Source of the DNA: the human T2T-CHM13v2.0 reference genome, Homo sapiens
Length of the DNA stretch: 64,000 nt
Direction: 5' to 3' (one strand)
Assembly: GCF_009914755.1 (NCBI RefSeq)
Contig: NC_060933.1
Part shown: piece by piece, positions 1-63,711 of the stretch
How positions within the stretch are numbered: position 1 is the stretch's first letter
Layout: each line of letters starts with the position of its first letter
Position numbers and translations under genes: made by a program
Notes under the pieces: generated by a model
Seen by the model: only the letters and a program-made list of their open reading frames with translations
Databases searched by the model: none
What the model was told of the DNA's origin: nothing

Positions 1-1
1 A

Positions 2-461
<460 letters not shown>

Positions 462-622
462 CTAGGCAACAGAGTGAGACCCTGTCTCAAAAAAAAAAAA
501 GGAAAAAAAGGTAAAGGGATAATCTGCTCAGAATTTCTTGGAGAAAAAAATTCAAATGGAAGAAGATGCTGTTCTTGTTTAGATATTTTTCTTTTTTTTT
601 TTTTTTAGAAACTGATGTTTAT

Positions 623-911
623 GGCCAGGCACGGTGGCCATAAACACACACACCTGTAATCCCAACACTTTGGGAGGCCAAGGCGGGCGGATGACGAGGT
701 CAGGAGATCGAGACCAACCTGGCCAATGTGACGAAACACCGTCTATACTAAAAATACAAAAATTAGCCTGCCTGTAATCCCAGCTACTCAGGAGGCTGAG
801 GCAGGAGAATTGCTTGAAACAGGGAGTCAGAGGTTTCAGTGAGCCGAGATTGCGCCACTGCCCTCCAGCCTGGCGAAAGAGCGAGACTGTCTCAAACAAA
901 AAAAAAAAAAA
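623..911 (+). mobile_element. Alu inserted in the pseudogene 3'UTR/polyA signal
   Basis: Alu consensus with A-tail; target-site duplication agaaactgatgtttat (607-622) / agaaactgatgcctat (912-927). Confidence 0.9.
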
Positions 912-1251
912 AGAAACTGATGCCTATTTTCCATCAACCTTATTTCCAAGTTGCTTAAGAGTCCCTGCAAGAACAATTTAAAACCATTCAGTGGTCTGAA
1001 CAGTGGGAGCTGCAGACCAGTCTTCCGTGGCAGGCTGAGTGCTCCAGTCTTCAGTAGGGAACTGCTGAATAGGCACAGAGGATACCTGCACCCTTCAGAC
1101 CAGTCTGCAACCTCAGGCTGAGTAACAGTGAACTCAGGAGCTGGAGCAGTCCATTCACCCTGAAATTCCTCCTTTGTCACAGCCTTTTCAGTAGCAGCTT
1201 GCTCTTCTTTTTCAATCTCTTCAGGATCTCTGTAGAAGTAGAGATTAGGCA

Positions 1252-2059
<808 letters not shown>

Positions 2060-2285
2060 CTAGAAGTCAAGATTGGTGCCACTAAGTGGGTTCCTACTGC
2101 AAGGAACTTAAGGACATCCTCCTCCTTCATTTGCAGGACAGCAAGGGCTCTGGACATTGTGAAAGTTTCCCTTTAAGTTATGATGGGAATCCATAACAAC
2201 CCCATATGGACCCCTCTGTGGGTAGCATAGAAAACTGGCTGTTTTTCTTTCTTTCTTTCTTTCTTTTTTTTTTTTTTTTTTTTGA

Positions 2286-2597
<312 letters not shown>

Positions 2598-3819
2598 TGA
2601 ACCTCAGTAATTGGGAATAAATCCTATTCAAGATACCTTCTCAGAAGTGGGAAGGAAGACAAATAGGGAGATGGATGTGAATGTTCTTCATAAACTGTAA
2701 AGTGCTTAAAAGGAAGGTCTCACCGGCATTCATTACTTCCCTTGCTGATGCATCAGTAAAGAGGTCAGTGGTGTGCTGTTCCAGTGAAAATAGGTGGCAG
2801 TCCTCACATGACCACACTATCTGACAGGAGGAAGCTCCCTCCTGCAGACCCACCTCATTGAGTGAACATCATTCTTCACATCCACAGCAGAGAGAAAAGA
2901 AGAAAGCGTGCGTCAGAGTGTTGGGCAAGCTTTTAGGAGAGGTGTTAGACACTTCCAGTGGTTTGGTATGGAGATGGGGTAACAGAGCTTGATGACTGGA
3001 ATGCATTCTTAGTCTTCCTTGCAAGAAATAAGAGATCTGGGTTCCTGGGTTCCTGGTTCTGCCATTTTATGTGGGGTAGTTATTTTAACTTCTCTGGGCC
3101 TTGATTTCCATTTTTAAAAATACATCTCTTGCCAGGCACAGTGGCTCACACCTGTAATCCCAGCACTTTTGGAGGCAGAGGTGGGTGAATCATTTGAGGT
3201 CAGGAATTCAAGACCAACCTGGCCAACATGGTGAAACCCTGTCTCTACGAAAAATACAAAAATTAGCCAGGCATGGTGGTGCGCACCTGTAGTCCCAGGT
3301 ACTCAGGAGGCTGAGGCAAGAGAATTGCTTGAACCTGGGAGGCGGAGGTTGCAGTAACCTGAGATCATGACACTGCACTCCAGGCTGGGCGACAGAACAA
3401 GATTCCATCTCAAAATAAGTAAATAAATAAAAATAGAAATAGAAAATACATCTCAGGCAGCCTGGCGCAGTGGCTCACGCCTGTAATCCCAGAACTTTGG
3501 GAGACCGAGGTGGGTGGATCACGAGGTCAGGAGTTCAAGACCAGCCTGGCCAAGATGGTGAAACCCCGTCTCTACTAAAAATGCAAAAAAAAAATTAGCT
3601 GGGTGTGGTGGCGGGTACCTGTAATCCCAGCTACTTGGGAGGATGATGCAGAGAATTGCTTGAACCCGGGAGGCGGATGTTGCAGTGAGCCGAGATCATG
3701 CCACTGCACTCCCCCAGCTTGGGCGACAGAGCAAGACTGTCTCAAAAAAAAAAAAAGAAAATAGATCTCAGGCATTCCACATTCTCAAATGTGATTTCTA
3801 GTCTAAAAGCATAGGTTCA

Positions 3820-4137
<318 letters not shown>

Positions 4138-4668
4138 CTATTTTGCCCACAAACCTCTTCCAATTTTTCTTGTTGATGTGCCACTCCAGCATGGCACCTT
4201 GAAACAGAGCTAGCCAGAAAACACCGGGGACATCAGAGCATTCTGCAGCTGTGAGCAGAAATGTACGTGGAGATGCACATGGACATATGGCAGAGCTAAC
4301 CTGGACTTGGTTTTCTTTCCTGAAGGAGAGCAGAATGACTGAATATCCCTAAACTTCTCTTTGGCAGACAGTCAATGGGGATTTTTCCACTAAAGTGGGA
4401 ACTCACAAAGACTCCATATGTTTGAAAGAGCCGCAGACCTTGAATTCCATTTTGTCAATAAATTTTGGTTATGGTTTCAAGTAGCTAAAATATTCCTTTC
4501 ACCAACCTGGCCTTTCACCTGTATTAGCACATCCTCTGAACAGTTCTGTCTGCACAGCAGGTAATACTATCATCATTCTATAGATGAGGAACTAGGGTTC
4601 AGAGTGGGTAACTTGCCAAATGTCAGAGTTAGATGGTTAGTGCTGGACCCTGGATTTTTTTTTTTTGA

Positions 4669-4770
<102 letters not shown>

Positions 4771-5343
4771 TGAGTAGCTGGGATTACAGGCAAACGCCTG
4801 GCTGATTTTTTTTTAGACAGAGTCTTGCTCTGTTGCCCAAGCTGGAGTGCAGTGGCATGATCTTGGCTCACCACAACCTCTGCCTCCCGATTCAAGCAAT
4901 TCTCCTGCCTCAGCCTCCCGAGTAGCTGGGACTATAGGTGCGCATCACCGTGCCTGGCTAATTTTTGTATTTTTAGTAGAGATGGGGTTTCACTATGTTG
5001 GCCAGGCTGGTCTTGAACTCCTGACCTCGTGATCTGCCCTCCTTGGCCTCCCATAGTGCTGGGATTACAGGCATGAGCCACCACACCCAGCCTGGAGCTT
5101 GGATTTTAACCCAAGTATGTTTGATCTCTTCCCACTAAGCTACCATAGCTCTATACTCCAGGAGCTCCTGTTTCTAACCTGAGCTGTTTTCTCTATTTTC
5201 TAGGACACAGCGACAGTTTCAGAGACTGGAGTTCTTTGAAACAGACATAAGAGAGCAAGCCACCTCTCTATTTTCAGGAAAGACACAGAGAACCTATGGT
5301 TATGAACTAAAACAAAGATAATGTAGATTCTGAATATGTCTAG

Positions 5344-5718
<375 letters not shown>

Positions 5719-6122
5719 TGATCCGCCCGCCTCGGCCTCCCAAAGTGCTGGACTTATAGGCGTGAGCCACCGCGCCCAGCCTATGATAGAAATCTTATTA
5801 GCTCCATGGTTACAAACAGACAACCCTGAGGCCTGGAGGAAAGTAACTTCAGAACAGATACTCTCCTGGCTGAACTTTATATTTATTGCACTCTTGGCAG
5901 TCGTCCCTAGTTGTCTTTTTCTTTGATCTCTCTCTAGTTAAGACTTGCTCCTGGAGGCAAAGCGTGGTGGTGTCTGGCTCAGCATAGCACCTGCCATAAT
6001 TACAAATGGCAATTATGGAATGAATCAGCTGTTTAAAGCACCAAATCTTGAGCTGGCCCGAAGACTGCGCAGGAGGATTGCATGCTCAACTCTCCCCTTT
6101 AGAAACTGTTAACAATCGTTGT

Positions 6123-6429
<307 letters not shown>

Positions 6430-6529
6430 AACAATCGTTGTAACTGGAAATGTAACTGTTATACCCTCCCCCCCTTTTATTTATTTATTTTTTTGAGAGG
6501 GAGTTTTTGCGCTGTTGCCCAAGCTGGAG

Positions 6530-7250
6530 TGTGGTGGCGCCCAGCCCTGTTAGCCCCTTACAGAGTAGATCAGCTGCCGCAGGCATCTGAGTTCCCCAAA
6601 CGGACGCCCGAACCCGGCATTGCGCAAATCGTTTCCAAGTAGCCCCGGCTTATTTATCCCGTCCGGGAGGGAGGGACCCAGGGAAGGCCCACCCCACTTG
6701 GTTCCCGAGAAATGCAGAGCCTGGCGTCCACTCCCGGTCTGGGGGACCCCTCCACCGCCAGCCCAGGAAGTCAGCGCCTGGCCCTCGGGGCGGAGCAGGG
6801 AAGAGGGAGCGGTTGGCCCGGACGCTCTTCCGGGTCCTGGGAGGAGGGCCCGGACCTAAGCCCCGCCCCTCCGGGGTGGAGTCACGGCTCGCGACTGGCC
6901 TAAGTCGCCGCAGGTATTGCAGTCCGGGGCTGGAGGGTAGGGGCGAGGGTCCCCGGATACCGGGTCTATCACGGTCTCGGGCAGGGAGTCTGAATCTTTT
7001 AGGGGAGTGGGCCCAAGCCGGGTGCAAAGAACGGGGAAGGGCCTTCCCTGGCTCCGTCCCGGCCACTTTGACCGAATCAGCCTGTTCTTTCCCGACCCCG
7101 TCTCCTATCCCCTAGAACTGCCACGTGGGGATGAGATTTGCTGGGCTGGTAGCGGCGGCTGCTGCGGGAGGTCCCGCCCACGTGAAGCCAGCCTAACTGA
7201 GCTCTGGACTTTGGGGACAGCTGTCAGTGGCCTAGGCCGCAGGTGAGATT
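6530..7250 (+). promoter_or_regulatory. RABEPK: RABEPK CpG-island promoter and non-coding first exon(s)
   Basis: GC/CpG-rich non-repeat block with no TATA box. GC boxes, ETS motif caggaagt (6764-6771), C/EBP palindrome TTGCGCAA (6620-6627), E-boxes CACGTG (7122-7127, 7179-7184). Donors CAG|GTATTG (6913) and CAG|GTGAGA (7242). Confidence 0.85.
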
Positions 7251-8345
7251 TATCCATTCATCTCTCAATCTATTTTCTTTCTTCATTCACTAGCCACTCC
7301 CCCACTTCTACTCCATGCCAGGTCCATTGGTAGGTTCTCGGAATGGATCTGACAGGCCCAGCCCTCTAGGAACTTAGTCTAGTGGAATTTAATCTAGAAT
7401 CTAGTCTAGAAGCCTTAAATAGATAAACATTCCAAATGATTCCTGCAATGGTGATGGCTAATACCTTCAGAGCCCAGTGGGTGGAAGAAGGAAGTAACTT
7501 GGATGTGGGTGGAAGAGAAAAGGGCAAATCAGGGAAGGTTTCACCAGGGAAGGGACTTTTGAACTGGGCTTTGAAGGTTAACTAGGAGTTTGCAAATTTC
7601 CCAGAAGGGAAGCGACATTCCAAATAGGGGAAGCAGAACAGGCTGCAAAATTATGAAAAGGCCTGCCATATTACAAGAACAGCAAAAAAACCAATAATGC
7701 AAGAGATTGTGGAGGTGAGTTCACGGGAAAAAAGCTCAACAGCAGAAGGCCTTACTTTCTATGCTATGTTGAGGCCAAGATTTATCCCAGAGCTCAGTAT
7801 TTCTCAGCTTCTTTAAATATTTTGTCCTTTGAGCGGAGAGCAGTGGCTCACACCTGTAATCCCAGCTTTTTAGGAGGCTGAGGTGGAAGAATTGCCTGAG
7901 GCTAGGAGTTCGAGACCAGCCTGGACAACAAAGCGAAACCTCCATTTCTATTTTTTTTTCTTTTTTTGAGGAGGAGTCTTGCTCTGTCGCCAGGCTGGAG
8001 TGCAAGTGGCGCAATTTCGGCTCACTGCAACCTCCGCCTCTTGGGTTCAAGCAATTCTCACGCCTCAGCCTCCTGAGTAGCTGGGACTACAGGCGTGGGC
8101 CACAACGCCCAGCTAATTTTTTTTGTATTTTTAGTAAAGACAGGGTTTCACCATGTTGGCCAGGATGGTATCGATCTGACCTCATGATCCGCCTGCCTCG
8201 GCCTCCCAAAGTGCTGGGATTACAGGCGTGAGCCACTGCTCCCAGCCCCGTTTCTATTTTTAATTAAAAAATAAATAAATGGCCGGGCTCAGTGGCTCAC
8301 GCCTGTAATCCCAGCACTTTGGGAGGCCGAGGCGAGCCAAGTTCA

Positions 8346-8651
<306 letters not shown>

Positions 8652-8751
8652 TTAGTGACCAGCCTGGCCAGTGTGGTAAAACCCCGTCTCTACTAGAAAA
8701 GCTAGAAAAATGAGCTGGGCGTGGGTGGGCACCTGTAATCTCAGCTACTCA

Positions 8752-9247
<496 letters not shown>

Positions 9248-9349
9248 TTAGTACATTCAACAGGAAAGGTTTAAAAAGGAGGTTGAATTGATTAAGATGA
9301 TAATCATAAGTGTCTAAAAAGTGCCTTTCTTTCTTATGCATAGGACACC

Positions 9350-40295
<30,946 letters not shown>

Positions 40296-40297
<2 letters not shown>

Positions 40298-40301
40298 TAA
40301 A
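40296..40301 (+). terminator. RABEPK: Candidate RABEPK polyA signal AATAAA overlapping the stop codon
   Basis: gacTAATAAAa followed by a T-rich stretch. Confidence 0.5.
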
Positions 40302-40432
40302 ACCCACATTTTTATTACCTGTCAGTTACTTTCAGAATAGTTAAGTAAAACATTAGCTGTTTTATACCTCCAAAATATCTTCTGCATTATATATCTGTTT
40401 TTCTCCTACTTTGGTAGGTGAAGAAACTAATG

Positions 40433-40535
40433 CAAATAATTCTTATGTGCACTAAACCTTGCTATATTGCCTCTCAGAGCTCTTGGGAATGACTTTCAGT
40501 GACTGGTTTGCAAACTGTGGTAGATAGATAAGTTT
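40433..40535 (+). repeat. Copy 2 of the dispersed direct repeat
   Basis: Same sequence with a 13-nt extra segment tgctatattgcct, one 1-nt gap and 5 substitutions. Confidence 0.93.
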
Positions 40536-40598
40536 TGCCCAATGCAAAAACCTCCACTGCATTAACATAAAAGGCTTTGGGCCAGGCTTGGTGGCTCA

Positions 40599-41024
<426 letters not shown>

Positions 41025-41183
41025 AAAAGGTTTTGCCAACAATACAAACCTAGGTAGGTGTGATTTGTGTATTAAATGCTAATCACAAAGTTGCAATATG
41101 GTTAGGGTTAAAAAAGAAGTTGCAGAATTATAATTGGTAAACAACAAACTATAGACATCAGACACATAGTTGAAGTCTATCTT

Positions 41184-41189
41184 TTTAAT
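41184..41189 (-). terminator. HSPA5: HSPA5 distal polyA signal ATTAAA (long 3'UTR)
   Basis: tttaat on the + strand, with downstream GU-rich sequence (tgtgtctgatgtct, ttgttgttt). Another AATAAA at 41826-41831. Confidence 0.6.
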
Positions 41190-42577
41190 ATTCAGTAACA
41201 GCTCCTCAGAAAGAGTTACAGACTAGGTGGTCCACGGTAGTGAGAGCCTTTGAGGTAAGGGAAGACTAGCCCTAGTTGCTAACTACCATTTAACCCTATT
41301 GCCCCAGGGTACACAGCACTGTAGGTCATCTTTAATGGCTATATTGGGCTTGGCCTGAGACCAGTATTCTGCTCAGGGTCTGCCCAAATGCTTTTCGGGC
41401 AGTGCAGCTGAGGCCTAGGTCTAATTAAGAGTTTGGTGTTGGGATCCAGTTCTACTAGCCCTAGAGAATTAACCTTTCAGCCAGTTGCCCATCTATAAAA
41501 TACCTATCCTTGGGCAGTATTGGATTCTTTTTTTTTTTTTTGAGGTGGAGTCTCACTCTTGTCGCCAGGCTGGAGTGCCGGGCTGGAGTACAGTGGTGTG
41601 ATCTCGGCTCACTGCAACCTCTGCCTCCCAGGTTCGAGTGATTCTCCTGCCTCAGCCTTCAGCTTGCACTACCACGCCCAGCTAATTTTTGTATTTTCAG
41701 TAGAGATGGAGTTTCACCATGTTGGCAAAGATGGTCTCTATCTCTTGACCTTGTGATCCACCCGCCTTGGCCTCCCAAAGTGCTAGGATTACAATATTGG
41801 ATTTTATGTTAGCACCAGCCTGTCCTTTATTGATCATACCATTTACCTGGACTCTTTTCTTCAGGAACACAATCTAAGTAATCCTAAACCAGTTTTGACA
41901 CAAACCATTGCCTTTAACAACCCATTCATAGTGAGGGGATTTAGTGTAGTTTCAATGTCACCATCCAAGATCCCACCCCAGTACCACTAATGAGAAATTT
42001 CAGGGATGGAGATTCTGACACAGCTAGGGTTCACAATATACCTTTACATCCTAAAGTTACAAATGAAATCCAAGTGTATAAAGTTAATACCAGTGATCAC
42101 TCACTCCCCATCATTTCTCAGAGAATCCAAGCAGCTATAAAAGCATCATTAGTAATAATTTTAAAAAAAGCCACCAGAAAGGCAGTTTTAGAAAGATAAG
42201 GGGAAATAGGAAACCAAGTATGTTCAAGAAAACCCCACTCTTGGGCACTGTGAAATGCCCCTTGCCTGAGTAAAGATGTGGATTAACTTCTCTCCCCTTT
42301 TCTTAGATTAATGCAAAAGCCGAGCATGGTGGTAACAAGCCTGTGGTCTCAATTAGCTGGGAGACTGAGGTGGAAGGATCACTTGGGCCCAGGAGGGTTA
42401 AAAAAAAAAAAAAAAAATCCCTGGAAGCATTAAATAGAAGTGTTTCCTTATCCCAACATACCAAATACTCCCTCCCCTCACCCCACACACGAGTATCTAG
42501 TCTTAAATTTCCTAAAATAAGTAATTGATCTAATTAGAAGCTTCTCACAAACATTAGACCAGTGTAAATAACAAACA

Positions 42578-42583
42578 TTTATT
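42578..42583 (-). terminator. HSPA5: HSPA5 proximal polyA signal AATAAA
   Basis: tttatt on the + strand ~330 nt past the stop, followed by a GT/T-rich stretch. Confidence 0.8.
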
Positions 42584-42909
42584 GGTGTCACTTATGGTAG
42601 AAAAAACTTCCTACACCAGATGCACATGACCCAGTTGTTAAATAGAACATTTTGAAGGTGAACACACACCCTAACCCAGGTTTTTTACCCGCTTTTTAAG
42701 ATGGCCAATTCTTCTTCTCCCCCCCACCCAAAGACATGTGAGCAACTGCTAATGAAAAGCAGTAAACAGCCGCTTAGGCTATAGCAGTTTCAACTCCACT
42801 CTGAGGTGAAGATTCCAATTACATTCGAGACTTAAGTTCTTTCAATTTTTTCCTAACAAAAGTTCCTGAGTCCAGTATTTACAATATTACAGCACTAGCA
42901 GATCAGTGT

Positions 42910-47444
<4,535 letters not shown>

Positions 47445-47666
47445 CTTGCCAGCCAGTTGGGCAGCAGCAGGCAGTCCAGCCACAGGCCGTAGCACAGGAG
47501 CACAGCGCAATTTCCGACTTGCAGGCGGCAGGGGCCCGGGGTCACAAGGCGCCACGAACCAGGCGAAGGGCAGGTCTAGAAATACAGGCCGCGGCGCTTC
47601 CCTCTCACACTCGCGAAACACCCCAATAGGTCAATCTGTCTGTGCTGTCTTGGCCGGCGTCGACCT
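47445..47666 (-). promoter_or_regulatory. HSPA5: HSPA5 5'UTR (BiP IRES region) with non-AUG uORF starts at -190 (TTG, 47634) and -61 (CTG, 47505)
   Basis: AUG-free GC-rich leader starting ~25 nt after the TATA box; both codons sit at the positions I recall being reported for BiP uORFs. Confidence 0.8.
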
Positions 47667-47684
47667 CACCGTCGCCTACTCGGC

Positions 47685-47691
47685 TTATATA
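47685..47691 (-). promoter_or_regulatory. HSPA5: HSPA5 TATA box (TATATAA)
   Basis: ttatata on the + strand inside the CpG island. Confidence 0.92.
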
Positions 47692-47708
47692 CCCTCCCCC
47701 AGCCCCGT

Positions 47709-47727
47709 CGTGGAGGCCGCCGATTGG
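47709..47727 (-). promoter_or_regulatory. HSPA5: ERSE1, perfect CCAAT-N9-CCACG (NF-Y + ATF6/XBP1s)
   Basis: CCAATcggcggcctCCACG on the - strand. Confidence 0.97.
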
Positions 47728-47741
47728 TGAAGGCCCTGCTC

Positions 47742-47760
47742 GTTGGAGGCCGTTCATTGG
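47742..47760 (-). promoter_or_regulatory. HSPA5: ERSE2 (CCAAT-N9-CCAAC)
   Basis: CCAATgaacggcctCCAAC. Confidence 0.9.
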
Positions 47761-47773
47761 CCCAGGCCACCAA

Positions 47774-47792
47774 GCTGGCCGCCGCCGATTCG
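47774..47792 (-). promoter_or_regulatory. HSPA5: ERSE3 (CGAAT-N9-CCAGC)
   Basis: CGAATcggcggcggCCAGC. Confidence 0.8.
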
Positions 47793-47811
47793 AAGCGGCC
47801 CCCTCCGCAAT

Positions 47812-47913
47812 AAACGTCACTGCTCCGCCCCCCCAGCTGATTCATTGGCTGCTATTCGTTTCTAACGTTCACCAATGGTAGATAACATCCGCCCCATCCG
47901 CTGGTCCCATTGG
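47812..47913. promoter_or_regulatory. HSPA5: ATF/CRE-like site (TGACGT, 47814-47819), GC boxes and further CCAAT boxes in both orientations
   Basis: Motifs visible: acgtca, ccgccc x2, attgg (47844, 47909), ccaat (47872). Confidence 0.75.
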
Positions 47914-48380
47914 TTCAGCAGCTGTCTATCTCTCCTGCGACTTCTGACCCCGAGGCATTTCCGCTGGTAACCGCACAAGTCCCGCCTTCACTCCCGGCCC
48001 TAGGGGGTCGGAGTAGATCCAGCAGGAGTGACCCCCCGGGGCTGTGGGATCTGAAACTTTTCCTTCTCTACTGCTTGTTCTCCCTTCCTCCATCCCTCAC
48101 CCCGAAGCGGGAAGCAGCTTTCTCTTCCCAGCTTCCATCCAGTCTCTGAGTAGACCAGTCGCAGCTTAGATGCTGGGATCGCCTCAGAACACATTTCTTT
48201 GCCCTTCACGGCCACTACCGGTATTGGGGTATGCGAGTCTCAGGGCCGTTCGTTGCTCACAGGTCGAGCTGGTCTGGACTCTGTTCGACCACGAATCATG
48301 ACTCCTTCCTGCCAGTTATGTCCCCTCCGCACCCTTGCCCAGCCATTTTACCAGGCCTCTCCACATTGCGCTGCCCCACG
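47900..48380 (+). ncRNA. Probable first exon of a divergent lncRNA from the HSPA5 promoter (HSPA5-DT-like); 5' end uncertain
   Basis: The CpG island continues upstream of HSPA5 and ends at a consensus + strand donor ACG|GTAAGT (48380/48381). Confidence 0.5.
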
Positions 48381-48927
48381 GTAAGTCGCAGGACAAGCCC
48401 GGCCAAAGGAATTGCCTCCAGCTCTGAGTCCCCTCCCTACTGTGGCAACCCACTCCAGTGCCAGCCCTCCCACACTGGATGTCTAATTTTTCTAGCTTGC
48501 CACCCTTTACTTTCCCCTCCGCTGCCCATCCTTTCCCTCTGGGGCAAAGGTTATCATTTACGGGGCTTTCTCCATCCTTTATTGTTGATACTTTTCTACC
48601 TTCATTCCAGGAAAAGGTCTGATGTACACGCAGACAACACATTTGATAGGCGAAAATCGTCTTGATAATGCCTTATTCTTATATAACATCCTGTTGCAAA
48701 AAATAATAGAGACCACTATTTGCTGAAAGCCTACCGTGGATTAAGCATTGTTCAGTGTGCTTTTCATGTGTCATTTAGTCTTGACAGTTCAATACTCGGT
48801 AGGCATTTCCCGTTTTCCAGATGAGGACATTGAAACTGAAAAAGATTAAATAACTAAACAAGTCACAGAGCTGGTGAGTGATGGAGTTAGGATTGATAAC
48901 CAGGTGGAGTTCACTCTATTGCCAATA

Positions 48928-63170
<14,243 letters not shown>

Positions 63171-63356
63171 AACGATGAAAACTATTTGAGTTTTTTAATG
63201 GTAAAATTATGATTTCTATTCATGTTATTGCTGTATTTACTTACTGCCTAGTTTATAATTTGCTTGACTCTTCCAGATGTGGCCCTAATCTTTCCACAGT
63301 CAAGCGTGTACTACTATTTCACAGCATTTTCCTTTCCAAACTGTGTGCCAAATAAA

Positions 63357-63711
63357 TCGGGGTCTCCAACCCCAGAGCCGTGAACTGGTACCCGTCTGTG
63401 GCTTGTTAGGAATGGAGCAGCACAGGATGAAGTGAGTGGTGGGTAAGTGAGCATTACCACCTGAGCTCTGCCTCCTGTCAGATCAGCAATGGCATTAGAT
63501 TATCATAGGAGTGCGAACCCTATTGTGAACTGCGTATGCAAGGGGTCTAGGTTGTCCACTCCTTATGGGAATCTAATGCCTAATTATCTGAGGTGTAACA
63601 ATTTCATCCCGAAACCATCCCCCCGACCTCCTCCACCCCCTACCACCATTTCCTGGAAAAACTGTCTTCCACAAAACCAGTCCCTGGTGCCAAAAAGGTT
63701 AGGGACTGCTG
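63357..63711 (+). mobile_element. MER1B (hAT-Charlie) DNA transposon fossil
   Basis: ggggtctccaacccc...ctcctgtcagatcagcaatggcattagatt...cataggagtgcgaaccctattgtgaactgcg...gtgccaaaaaggttagggactgctg; near-8-bp TSD aaataaat/aaataaaa. Confidence 0.8.

Noticed and set aside
6620-7246. Pro/Gly/Arg-rich ORFs at the RABEPK promoter
   Set aside because: Stop-poor CpG-island sequence with near-cognate starts and no recognisable protein.
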